Assembly: GCA_003331645.1 (NCBI GenBank)
Contig: QOPI01000003.1
Location: forward strand, 1,883-65,882
Length of the DNA stretch: 64,000 nucleotides
Direction of reading: 5' to 3'
Source of the DNA: SAR86 cluster bacterium
GTDB lineage: Bacteria > Pseudomonadota > Gammaproteobacteria > Magnimaribacterales > D2472
A program made the position numbers and the translations under genes. Below, piece by piece: positions 20,205 to 28,605 of this stretch. Numbering within the stretch: the stretch's first letter is position 1; each line of letters starts with the position of its first letter. Below the pieces are notes generated by a model. That model worked only from the letters and a program-made list of their open reading frames with translations. It had not been told where the DNA came from and did no database searches.

Positions 20205-20271
20205 TTTGCAATATCTTGTGTATAATTATCTATAGGTTCTTTTATATAAATCATGTAATAATGCTTATGTT

Positions 20272-20487
20272 ATGAATATTTTTTTTGAATTACTCATTAA
20301 TCATATAAAAAACTGGAATATGGTCTGGTTTGGCCTTATATTTTGGGGTAGTGTTTTTAATGCTCTTGCAGAGAAGCTTGGATTCCTAGCTAATAGCCCT
20401 AATTTAACTTTTTTATCTTTTTTAATTGGCTTTATTCTTGGTCTTATAGCTAAATATAGAGGAACCTGGTTGTGGAAAACAAGCTAG
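20272..20487 (+). CDS. small two-TM membrane protein, unknown function
   Basis: 71 aa with two hydrophobic helices. 16-nt overlap with the following desaturase-family gene suggests co-translation. No recognisable motif. Confidence 0.4.
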   Translation: MNIFFELLINHIKNWNMVWFGLIFWGSVFNALAEKLGFLANSPNLTFLSFLIGFILGLIAKYRGTWLWKTS

Positions 20488-21353
20488 ACAATTTTTCATT
20501 TGCTAATGAGAAAGAAATTGCTAGATCTTTTTCTAAAAGGTTTCAATGGGAAATGGTATTAATTGGCTTGGGGCAAGCATTAGTTTTCTTTTCATTATGG
20601 CCTTTGGTTATTCTTGAATTTATTCCTTTATCCATAGGAGCTCCTATAGCTACACTATGCGCTCTTATGGCTTATTTGCCATCACATGAAGCCCAACATG
20701 GAAATTACTCAAGAGGCAAACCTAGTAGAAGATGGATAGATTCTCTAGTTAGCCATGTTTCTTTAATAACTTTAATGTTTCCCCATCATGTTATGAGAGC
20801 TACTCACATGAAACATCATGCATATACGAATGATCCTCAAAAAGATGTTGATTATGACGTTGCATCATCTAAATCTCTTTTAGAAGTTTTTGTTCGAACT
20901 AATCAAAGCACAGCTAAATATGACAAACATTTAGAAGTTTTTAAAGATGATAAAAATTTTGTTAAGTCTTTTGAAAAAGGTGCTTTAGTTGGCCTTAGTT
21001 ATAGGGGGTCTTTAATGGCGCTTGTTTTCTTTTTCCCACTAGAAGCATTATTCTTATGGTGGCTTCCAAGCAAAATAGGCGTTTTATATTTATCAACATT
21101 TTTTTCTTGGTATCCTCATTACCAAATGGATATTGGTCGATATAAAGATACAAGGTTTTGGCATCATCTTTTACCACGATATATAAACCATTCAATGCAA
21201 TTACACTTTGTCCATCATCTTCATCCTGGCATAGGCCATTATGATGAACCTAAAGCAATAGAAGCATTAAAGCCCTTCCTTATTGAAAAAGGCGTTCCTG
21301 GAGCTGAAGAAATACCTGATCGAGTATCATATAACCCACTAATTAAACTTTAA
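20472..21353 (+). CDS. membrane di-iron fatty-acid-desaturase-family enzyme with CrtW (carotenoid ketolase)-like histidine boxes
   Basis: 293 aa, GTG start. Three His boxes: HEAQHG, HMKHHAYTNDPQKDVDYD and HFVHHLHP. The spacing and flanks resemble CrtW (HDAMHG / HMxHHRHxGTDDDPDFD / HHEHHLxP). Confidence 0.6.
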   Translation: MENKLDNFSFANEKEIARSFSKRFQWEMVLIGLGQALVFFSLWPLVILEFIPLSIGAPIATLCALMAYLPSHEAQHGNYSRGKPSRRWIDSLVSHVSLITLMFPHHVMRATHMKHHAYTNDPQKDVDYDVASSKSLLEVFVRTNQSTAKYDKHLEVFKDDKNFVKSFEKGALVGLSYRGSLMALVFFFPLEALFLWWLPSKIGVLYLSTFFSWYPHYQMDIGRYKDTRFWHHLLPRYINHSMQLHFVHHLHPGIGHYDEPKAIEALKPFLIEKGVPGAEEIPDRVSYNPLIKL

Positions 21354-21357
21354 ATTT

Positions 21358-22011
21358 ATGAAAGTATCCGAAGCAGTTGCATCAAGAAAATCTATTAGAG
21401 AGTTTCTAAAAACACCAGTAAAAAATAGCCTAATAAAAGATCTCTTATCAAAGTCAGCCAGAGCTGCTAATGGTGGTAATTTACAACCATGGCAGATATT
21501 TGTAATAAATAACGAAAGCATGACAGCTTTTTTAAAACATCAATCAGAATGGACAGAGCCTGAAACGCCTGCTTATGATATTTATCCTTCAGGCTTAAAG
21601 GAGCCTTACAGAACTTCAAGATATGAACTAGGAGAGCAAATGTATAACTTGCTTAATATCAGCAGGGAGGATAAGGAAGCAAGATTTATGCAAGTATTAA
21701 AAAACTTTGAATTTTTTGGAGCACCAGCTGCTATTTTTTGTTTTGTAGATAGACAAATGGGCCCTCCACAGTGGTCTGATTTAGGCATGTTCTTACAAAC
21801 TTTTATGTTATTAGGACAAGAGGTAGGTATAGATACATGCGCACAAGAGGCATGGTCTATGAAACAAGAGAGTGTTAGTAATTTCTTTAAAGTTGATGAT
21901 GAAACTATGTTGTTCTGCGGCATGGCTATTGGTTACAAAGATCCTGATGCAATAGTTAATAAGTTAAATAGTGAACGACGTCCTGTCGAGCAATGGGCAA
22001 CTTTTTTATAA
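21358..22011 (+). CDS. nitroreductase-family FMN oxidoreductase
   Basis: 217 aa. N-terminal RKSIREF motif and overall length/layout of the NfsB/NfnB-like family. 4-nt gap after the desaturase gene. Confidence 0.7.
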   Translation: MKVSEAVASRKSIREFLKTPVKNSLIKDLLSKSARAANGGNLQPWQIFVINNESMTAFLKHQSEWTEPETPAYDIYPSGLKEPYRTSRYELGEQMYNLLNISREDKEARFMQVLKNFEFFGAPAAIFCFVDRQMGPPQWSDLGMFLQTFMLLGQEVGIDTCAQEAWSMKQESVSNFFKVDDETMLFCGMAIGYKDPDAIVNKLNSERRPVEQWATFL

Positions 22012-22035
22012 AGTTTAATATTTCTTTTTAGTCAT

Positions 22036-22081
22036 AAAAAAACCCGGTATAAAACCGGGTTTTTAAATTCAGTTTGAATTT
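22036..22081. terminator. bidirectional intrinsic terminator shared by the nitroreductase operon (+) and proteorhodopsin (-)
   Basis: aaaaaaacccggt-ataaa-accgggttttt (A-run and T-run on either side), plus an adjacent aaattca-gtt-tgaattt hairpin immediately after the PR stop codon. Confidence 0.8.
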
Positions 22082-22086
22082 AGTAA

Positions 22087-22839
22087 TTAAGCATTACTTG
22101 ATTCTTTAACTGCAACATGCCAGATAACTAAACCAAATAAAATCTTGTTAACAAAGTCAGCAAGGTTATAAACAAGGTTTAAGTTTTGTGCATATACGCC
22201 TTCGCCACCCATTAAGTAGCCAGCAGCATATCCAGCAGGATAAATTGCCCATCCAACAACGATGATATACATCATTGCTTTATATGCTGAATTAACAGCA
22301 GGACTTGCAGTCATTACTGCTGATTTTCCTTCACCAGCATATAGCTCGTAAATCATATATAACCAAGCAGCAACACCAACAATAAATGCAGGCAATACAG
22401 GCATCATTCCAGCTTCACCCATGAAACCAAATCCTAACATTACTAAAGAACCACCAAGTAGTTTCTTAAATAATGAACCAGCTACAGCAGTACATGCAGC
22501 TAATATTAAATAGAATTCAACCATTTGTAATGGAACAGTTAATAGCCAGTCGATATATCTAAATACAGTAGGTGTTTCGCCAGTTTCGACCCAAACGCCT
22601 CTCATATATAGATAATGCCAGAATGCGATACCGCAAATTAAACCAGCTACAGTTAGCGATGTTTTCCATTTAGAGCTTACTTGATCTCTTTCAACAAAGA
22701 AAAAGACTGTTGCAGCAAGCATAGCAGCTGTAACAAGCCAAAATGAAATACCAACTCCATCAGCAATATCAAGATCGCCGCTACCTGCAGCATAAGATGG
22801 AAGGGCTATCGCAGTTGTTAATAATAATAACAATTTCAT
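22087..22839 (-). CDS. proteorhodopsin, light-driven proton pump, blue-tuned (Gln105)
   Basis: 250 aa, near-colinear with the SAR86 EBAC31A08 proteorhodopsin as I recall it. H75, D97-T101-E108 (DTE) and Schiff-base Lys in DFVNKILFG are present. Residue 105 is Q (codon caa, 22525-22527). Strong GGGGG Shine-Dalgarno. Confidence 0.95.
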   Translation of the reverse strand: MKLLLLLTTAIALPSYAAGSGDLDIADGVGISFWLVTAAMLAATVFFFVERDQVSSKWKTSLTVAGLICGIAFWHYLYMRGVWVETGETPTVFRYIDWLLTVPLQMVEFYLILAACTAVAGSLFKKLLGGSLVMLGFGFMGEAGMMPVLPAFIVGVAAWLYMIYELYAGEGKSAVMTASPAVNSAYKAMMYIIVVGWAIYPAGYAAGYLMGGEGVYAQNLNLVYNLADFVNKILFGLVIWHVAVKESSNA

Positions 22840-23062
22840 ATACTACCCCCTAGTAGTTTCATAAGAAATAAAATAATTTCTTAAATTTTTAAGAGAATGA
22901 TTCTCAATATTCATGATTATAGATAATATATTCACGAAACAAAAGTTTTAGAGAGATAAAGTATTACGGACTTATATATAATTTCTATACATAAAATCTC
23001 TTAAAGTGATCTCATGAGGTGTTTTTGCTATATTGAGAAAGCAAATAGTATTAAGGATAAGC

Positions 23063-23332
23063 ATGAAATCAAAGCAAGACTCTTATTGGAAAGAAAATAT
23101 TAGGATTCTCTTATTTCTTTTATCAATATGGTTTTTAGTTTCATTTGGTTTTGGAATCTTACTTTCAGACTGGCTTGATCAAATTCAAGTAGGAGGCTTT
23201 AAGCTTGGATTTTGGTTTGCCCAACAAGGCAGTATTTATATTTTTATAATATTAATTTTTATTTATATTTATTTAATCAATAGATTAGATAAAAAATATT
23301 TTGGTGATAAGAATTTTAAGGATTCTAATTAA
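23063..23332 (+). CDS. DUF4212 small membrane subunit of a sodium:solute symporter
   Basis: YWKENIRIL...GFKLGFWFAQQGSIY pattern, located directly upstream of and overlapping the SSF permease. I prefer ATG 23063 (AAGGA upstream) over the track TTG at 23033. Confidence 0.75.
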   Translation: MKSKQDSYWKENIRILLFLLSIWFLVSFGFGILLSDWLDQIQVGGFKLGFWFAQQGSIYIFIILIFIYIYLINRLDKKYFGDKNFKDSN

Positions 23333-25077
23333 TGGATGTAACCCAACTTACATATTTATTCGTTGGATTATCATTTGCTTTGTACATTGGAATAGCTTTT
23401 TGGTCTAGAGCTAGGTCTACAAATGATTTTTACGTTGCTGGTAAAGGTGTTAATCCTATAGCAAATGGCATGGCTACCGCCGCTGATTGGATGTCAGCAG
23501 CTTCTTTTATTTCAATGGCTGGACTTATTGCCTTTCTAGGTAAAGATGGCTCGGTTTATTTAATGGGATGGACGGGCGGTTATGTAGTTTTAGCTTTATT
23601 ATTAGCCCCATACTTACGCAAGTTTGGTAGATTTACAGTTCCAGACTTTATAGGCGAAAGATATTATTCTAAAACAGCACGTCTGGTAGCAGTAATTTGT
23701 CTTATCTTTGTCTCTTTTACTTATGTAGCTGGCCAAATGCGCGGAGTAGGGATTGTTTTTTCAAGATTCCTAGAAGTTGATATTAATCTTGGAGTTATCA
23801 TTGGAATGATTATTGTTTTCTTTTATGCAGTCTTGGGCGGGATGAAAGGAATAACTTATACTCAAGTTGCTCAATACTGTGTTCTAATTTTTGCATATCT
23901 CGTCCCAGCAATTTTTATATCTATTCTAGTTACTGGAAATCCAGTTCCGCAATTAGGCTTCGGTGACACTTTGGTTGGAACAAATATATACTTACTTGAT
24001 AAATTAGATCTAGTATCAGTTGATCTTGGTTTTGCTGCGTATACAGATAATGTTAAAAGTAAAATTGATATATTTTGTATAACAGCTGCTCTAATGTTTG
24101 GAACAGCAGGATTACCTCATGTTATTGTAAGATTTTTTACAGTTCCCAAAGTTAGAGATGCAAGAAAATCGGCAGGATACGCATTAATTTTTATTGCTAT
24201 TTTATATACTACAGCTCCAGCAGTTGCTGCTTTTGCTAAGATTAACTTTATTGATTCAATTCAAAATAAAAGCTATGAGTCCTCACCAGAATGGTTTAAG
24301 AATTGGGAAGAGATTGGTCTTATAGCATGGCAAGATAAAAATTCTGATGGAATTATTCAGTATTCATCAGGAAATGCAATAGATGGCCGTCCTCAATATT
24401 CAGATCAACGTGGAGCGAATGGAGAAAGAATTTTAAAGAATGAAATTGTTCGTTCAAACAAAAATGAAGTATACATAGATAGAGATATTATGGTTTTAGC
24501 TAACCCAGAAATAGCTAAACTTCCCGCATGGGTAATTGCATTAGTTGCTGCTGGCGGACTGGCTGCAGCCTTATCAACAGCAGCCGGGTTATTGCTAGTT
24601 ATATCTTCTTCTATTTCTCATGACTTATTAAAAAAAACTTTTCGACCAAATATTACCGAAAAGCAAGAGCTATTTTATGCTCGTTGTGCAGCGGCAGTAG
24701 CTATATTTATAGCAGGTTTATTTGGAATCTATCCACCTGCTTTCGTAGCTCAAGTAGTAGCTTTTGCATTTGGATTGGCAGCTTCAACTTTCTTTCCTGT
24801 TCTTTTCATGGGCATCTTTTCAAAAAGACTTAACAAAGAGGGCGCAATAGCTGGAATGGTTTCAGGTTTGTTATTTACGTTAGGTTATATAATTTATTTT
24901 AAATTTCTTAATACACATCTTAACAATCCTGAATTTTGGTTTTTATCTATATCCCCAGAGGGGATTGGCTTTATAGGGATGATTATTAATTTTATGGTAG
25001 CAATAATAGTATCTACTTATACAAAACCACCACCTCAAGAAGTTATAACAATGGTTGAAGATATTCGACAACCATAA
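23332..25077 (+). CDS. sodium:solute symporter family permease (ActP/VC_2705-like, carboxylate type)
   Basis: 581 aa with about 13 TM helices. The FYVAGKGVNPIANGMATAADWMSAASFI region parallels ActP ([28 protein letters not shown]). Confidence 0.85.
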   Translation: MDVTQLTYLFVGLSFALYIGIAFWSRARSTNDFYVAGKGVNPIANGMATAADWMSAASFISMAGLIAFLGKDGSVYLMGWTGGYVVLALLLAPYLRKFGRFTVPDFIGERYYSKTARLVAVICLIFVSFTYVAGQMRGVGIVFSRFLEVDINLGVIIGMIIVFFYAVLGGMKGITYTQVAQYCVLIFAYLVPAIFISILVTGNPVPQLGFGDTLVGTNIYLLDKLDLVSVDLGFAAYTDNVKSKIDIFCITAALMFGTAGLPHVIVRFFTVPKVRDARKSAGYALIFIAILYTTAPAVAAFAKINFIDSIQNKSYESSPEWFKNWEEIGLIAWQDKNSDGIIQYSSGNAIDGRPQYSDQRGANGERILKNEIVRSNKNEVYIDRDIMVLANPEIAKLPAWVIALVAAGGLAAALSTAAGLLLVISSSISHDLLKKTFRPNITEKQELFYARCAAAVAIFIAGLFGIYPPAFVAQVVAFAFGLAASTFFPVLFMGIFSKRLNKEGAIAGMVSGLLFTLGYIIYFKFLNTHLNNPEFWFLSISPEGIGFIGMIINFMVAIIVSTYTKPPPQEVITMVEDIRQP

Positions 25078-25091
25078 GATAAGGAGCATAT

Positions 25092-25883
25092 GTGCAATAC
25101 CTAACACTTTTATTTTTCTTCCTAACAGTTAATTCTATTAACTCTGATCAATTAGAATATTTAGAACCAAAAGTTCATTCATTAGATAACTCAAATCCTG
25201 AAAGGATACTTTTTGTAGGCAATAGTTATTTATATTACAACGATAGTCTTCATAATCATTTGCGTAGAATGGTTGAAGAAAAAAATCCTTCTAGAAAAGA
25301 AAATATGGGATATAAATCGGCAACAATAGGGGGGTCTATCTTAGCTCATCACGATTTAAAGCATTTACTTGATTCAAAAAACATTGGTATTGATCAGTCA
25401 TTTGAACTAGTGATAATACAAGGAGGCAGCGGAGAGGTTTTAGATGAAGATTCTAGGACATCTTTTGAAATAAATGCTAACAAAATGATTAAACAAGTAA
25501 AAAATAAAGGCGGGGAAGCTCTTTTATACATGATCCATCCCTACATGCCTCCGCATGAATTGTATGACCCAAAAATGATTGAAAAGATAAGATATACCTA
25601 TATCAATGTTGGCAATAAAAATAATGTATTAGTTGCTCCAATAGGTTTAGCTTATATGAATGCTTATAACGAAAGACCTGACATTAAATTACATAAATCT
25701 TTTGATGGAAGTCACCCTGATCTTCTAGGTACATACTTAGCAGCTTGCGTACTTTACGCAACTATTTATAAAAAATCATCCCTAGAAGTAGATTACAATT
25801 ATTTTGATGCAGTAAGCCTAGAAGATCAAAAATTCTTACAAACCATTGCTGATAAGACAGTAAATGAATTTTTTGATAGATAA
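25092..25883 (+). CDS. secreted SGNH/GDSL-like hydrolase-fold protein
   Basis: 263 aa, GTG start 5 nt after AAGGAG. Signal peptide. Block-I-like FVGNSY, GGS, and C-terminal DGSHPDLLGTY (a DxxH-type block). Confidence 0.45.
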   Translation: MQYLTLLFFFLTVNSINSDQLEYLEPKVHSLDNSNPERILFVGNSYLYYNDSLHNHLRRMVEEKNPSRKENMGYKSATIGGSILAHHDLKHLLDSKNIGIDQSFELVIIQGGSGEVLDEDSRTSFEINANKMIKQVKNKGGEALLYMIHPYMPPHELYDPKMIEKIRYTYINVGNKNNVLVAPIGLAYMNAYNERPDIKLHKSFDGSHPDLLGTYLAACVLYATIYKKSSLEVDYNYFDAVSLEDQKFLQTIADKTVNEFFDR

Positions 25884-25944
25884 TCTTATATCTACACATG
25901 TTTAAAAGTTTTGCTATATAAATAATGTTTAGTATGATCATCAT

Positions 25945-26427
25945 ATGAAAGTTGCTATATATCCAGGCTCGTTTGACCCAATTACATTTGGCCATATGGA
26001 TATTATTGAAAGAGCATGCGGCATTTTTGATAAAGTCATACTTGCTGTTGCTGAAAGTGAGACAAAAAAACCATTATTTACTTTGGATGAAAGACTTGGA
26101 TTAACTAAATCCATATATTCTGATCATCCAAAAATAGAAACGGTTAGTTTTTCAAGAAAATTAACAGTTGAATTAGCAAGAGAGCATAATGCCTGTGCAA
26201 TTATAAGAGGCCTAAGAGCTGTTGCAGATTTTGAGTATGAGTTTCAATTAGCCACCATGAATAGATCTTTAGCACCTGATATAGAAAGTATATTTTTAAC
26301 TCCTAAAGATACCTTAATTTATGTCTCTTCAAGTTTAGTAAAAGAGATAGCTGAATTGAAGGGCGACATATCAAGATTCGTTCATCCAAATGTTGATCAG
26401 GCATTAAAAGCAAAATTACTTGTTTAA
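25945..26427 (+). CDS. coaD: phosphopantetheine adenylyltransferase
   Basis: 160 aa. GSFDPITFGH and ISSSLVKE motifs. Confidence 0.93.
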   Translation: MKVAIYPGSFDPITFGHMDIIERACGIFDKVILAVAESETKKPLFTLDERLGLTKSIYSDHPKIETVSFSRKLTVELAREHNACAIIRGLRAVADFEYEFQLATMNRSLAPDIESIFLTPKDTLIYVSSSLVKEIAELKGDISRFVHPNVDQALKAKLLV

Positions 26428-27233
26428 TTCTGACAAGTTTTACAAAAGTATGTTGCTCTTTGGTTTTGTGTAATTTTCTTTATTTTATTTTGACACTTTG
26501 AACATTTTTTATCTTCTCTATCATATACATTTAGCTGTATCTTAAAATATCCTTCACTTCCTTCAGCTGAGAAGAAGTCTCTGATTGTAGTCCCTCCTAC
26601 TTTTATGGCTTTTTTTAAAATATTCTTTGAAAATTTTGTGATTAAATCGCATTCAATCCTAGAAATTGAATTAGCAATCCTTGCAGGGTCAATTGATGAC
26701 TTGAAGAGTATTTCAGATGCATAAATATTGCCTATTCCAACAACATTTTTTTGATTCATAATAAAATTTTTAATATTTGTTTTAGAACTCTTAACTACAT
26801 TATGTAAATATTCTCCACAAAACTCATCTGATAATGGCTCAGGACCTAAATTAGATATTAAAGAATGATCTTGATAGGATCTTGTAATATGAATAGAGCC
26901 AAATCGACGCGGATCATTGTAAATTAATTTTTTGCTCTTAAAAATCAATTCAGCATGATCATGCTTCTTAAAATAATTATCTTCTGTATTCATTATTCTT
27001 AAAGTTCCTGACATGCCTAAATGAATTATCAAATAATAATTACTCAGATCAAATATTAGATATTTTGCTCTTCTGAAGATCTTATGTATTTTTTTATTGC
27101 TTATTTTTTTATTGATATTTCGATCAACTGGCCATCTAAGATTGGGGTTATGAATTTTAATTAAGGAAAGAGTTTCCTTTTCAAATAATTTTATTGCTTG
27201 AAGGGTTGTTTCTACCTCAGGTAGCTCAGGCAT
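26424..27233 (-). CDS. mutM: formamidopyrimidine-DNA glycosylase
   Basis: 269 aa. N-terminal MPELPEVE. C-terminal zinc finger CSKCQ...CKTCQ. Confidence 0.92.
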   Translation of the reverse strand: MPELPEVETTLQAIKLFEKETLSLIKIHNPNLRWPVDRNINKKISNKKIHKIFRRAKYLIFDLSNYYLIIHLGMSGTLRIMNTEDNYFKKHDHAELIFKSKKLIYNDPRRFGSIHITRSYQDHSLISNLGPEPLSDEFCGEYLHNVVKSSKTNIKNFIMNQKNVVGIGNIYASEILFKSSIDPARIANSISRIECDLITKFSKNILKKAIKVGGTTIRDFFSAEGSEGYFKIQLNVYDREDKKCSKCQNKIKKITQNQRATYFCKTCQN

Positions 27234-28558
27234 TAATTAAGAAAATTATTTATATCAGTAATATTATCTGGCTCAAGATTTCCTGCTGAAAGACCTAATC
27301 TTAGATTAGCAAGAATGTAATCATATTTTGCATTAGCTAAATTTCTTTCTGCAGAGTAAAGATTTTTTTCAGATTGAAGTAAATCAACTATATTCCGTGT
27401 CCCAACCTCATAACCAACTTTAGTGGCTTCAAGTGCACTTGTTGCAGAAACAACTGCTTGCTCTTGAGCATTTACATTTGCAACTAAAGTTATAACGTTC
27501 GAATATTGCGATCTAACTTCTTGAATAACAGATCTTTCTATAAATAGTGTATCTTCTATACTTTTATCATAATTTGCATAAGCCTGTTTTCTTCTAGAAT
27601 TGACACTACCACCTTGAAAAATTGGCATACTTAATTGGACGCTGTAAGATCTTCGCTCTGTTTCGCTTGGGACTGTAATAATTAAACCCCCAGTATCGAG
27701 ATCATCGTATTGGTATTGATTGGTTTCTGATTGAGATACTGATCCTACAATGTCTAACTTAGGCAAATGATCTGCAGCAGCTCCTCTTGCAGCATTTTTT
27801 GATGCATTTCTTCTTAGTTTTGCTGCTTTTAATCTATAGTTATTACTAATAGCAAGATTTACCCAGTCTTGTTTTGATGCTGGAGAAGGATTCACGATAG
27901 GTAAGTTATCTCCTAGGGGATCAATACTATAAACCTCTCTTCCAATTAGAGCATTAAGAGCTTCTCTAGCAGAGAAGACTGCACCTTCAGATCTAATTCT
28001 AGAAGCTAGACTTAAGTCATAAGCTAATTGCGCTTCTTGGACTCCAGTAATGGCTGAAAGACCTACTTCAAATCTTTGTTGGGCTTGATCAAGTTGTTTT
28101 TTTATAGCTTTTTCTTCAGATTTGGCTGCATTTAAATTGTCAATAGCTCTTAACACCCCGAAATATAATTCCGCAGTTCTTACAACAAGATTTTGTTGCT
28201 CATATCCAAAATCAGCCTCTGAAGCATTAGTTAAAGATTGGGTTCTTTTATATTGAAACCATGAATCCAATCTTACTAGTGGTTGACTTAATCGAGCTGA
28301 TGAAGAAAAGCTATTATACTCATTACTCAATATGCCGCCTTGATAGGACTCATTCCAACTTGTACCACCGCTAATTGAAACATTAGGCATTAATCCAGCT
28401 CTGCCTTGGACAACTATTTCTTTTCCTGCTAGTAGTGAGTATTCTGCAGCTTTATATTGCGGATCATTTTCTAGAGCTTCATTATAGATATCAATAATAT
28501 TCTCTGAGTAAATACCAGATGAGGTTATTAAAATACTTGTAAAAATAATATTTTTCAT
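27233..28558 (-). CDS. tolC: TolC-family outer membrane efflux channel
   Basis: 441 aa. Signal peptide, then two internal repeats of the OEP coiled-coil/beta pattern. TAATG overlap with the mutM start. Confidence 0.85.
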   Translation of the reverse strand: MKNIIFTSILITSSGIYSENIIDIYNEALENDPQYKAAEYSLLAGKEIVVQGRAGLMPNVSISGGTSWNESYQGGILSNEYNSFSSSARLSQPLVRLDSWFQYKRTQSLTNASEADFGYEQQNLVVRTAELYFGVLRAIDNLNAAKSEEKAIKKQLDQAQQRFEVGLSAITGVQEAQLAYDLSLASRIRSEGAVFSAREALNALIGREVYSIDPLGDNLPIVNPSPASKQDWVNLAISNNYRLKAAKLRRNASKNAARGAAADHLPKLDIVGSVSQSETNQYQYDDLDTGGLIITVPSETERRSYSVQLSMPIFQGGSVNSRRKQAYANYDKSIEDTLFIERSVIQEVRSQYSNVITLVANVNAQEQAVVSATSALEATKVGYEVGTRNIVDLLQSEKNLYSAERNLANAKYDYILANLRLGLSAGNLEPDNITDINNFLN

Positions 28559-28605
28559 ATTGTGCCCATTGTATTATATGTAAAGTAAACTTTACAGTAT
28601 TAATT

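Noticed and set aside
25884-25944. Partial match to the efflux operator (cacatgtttaaaag) upstream of coaD.
   Set aside because: Only about 8 of 14 positions match, and the ACAGTG half is missing. This is consistent with chance in AT-rich DNA.
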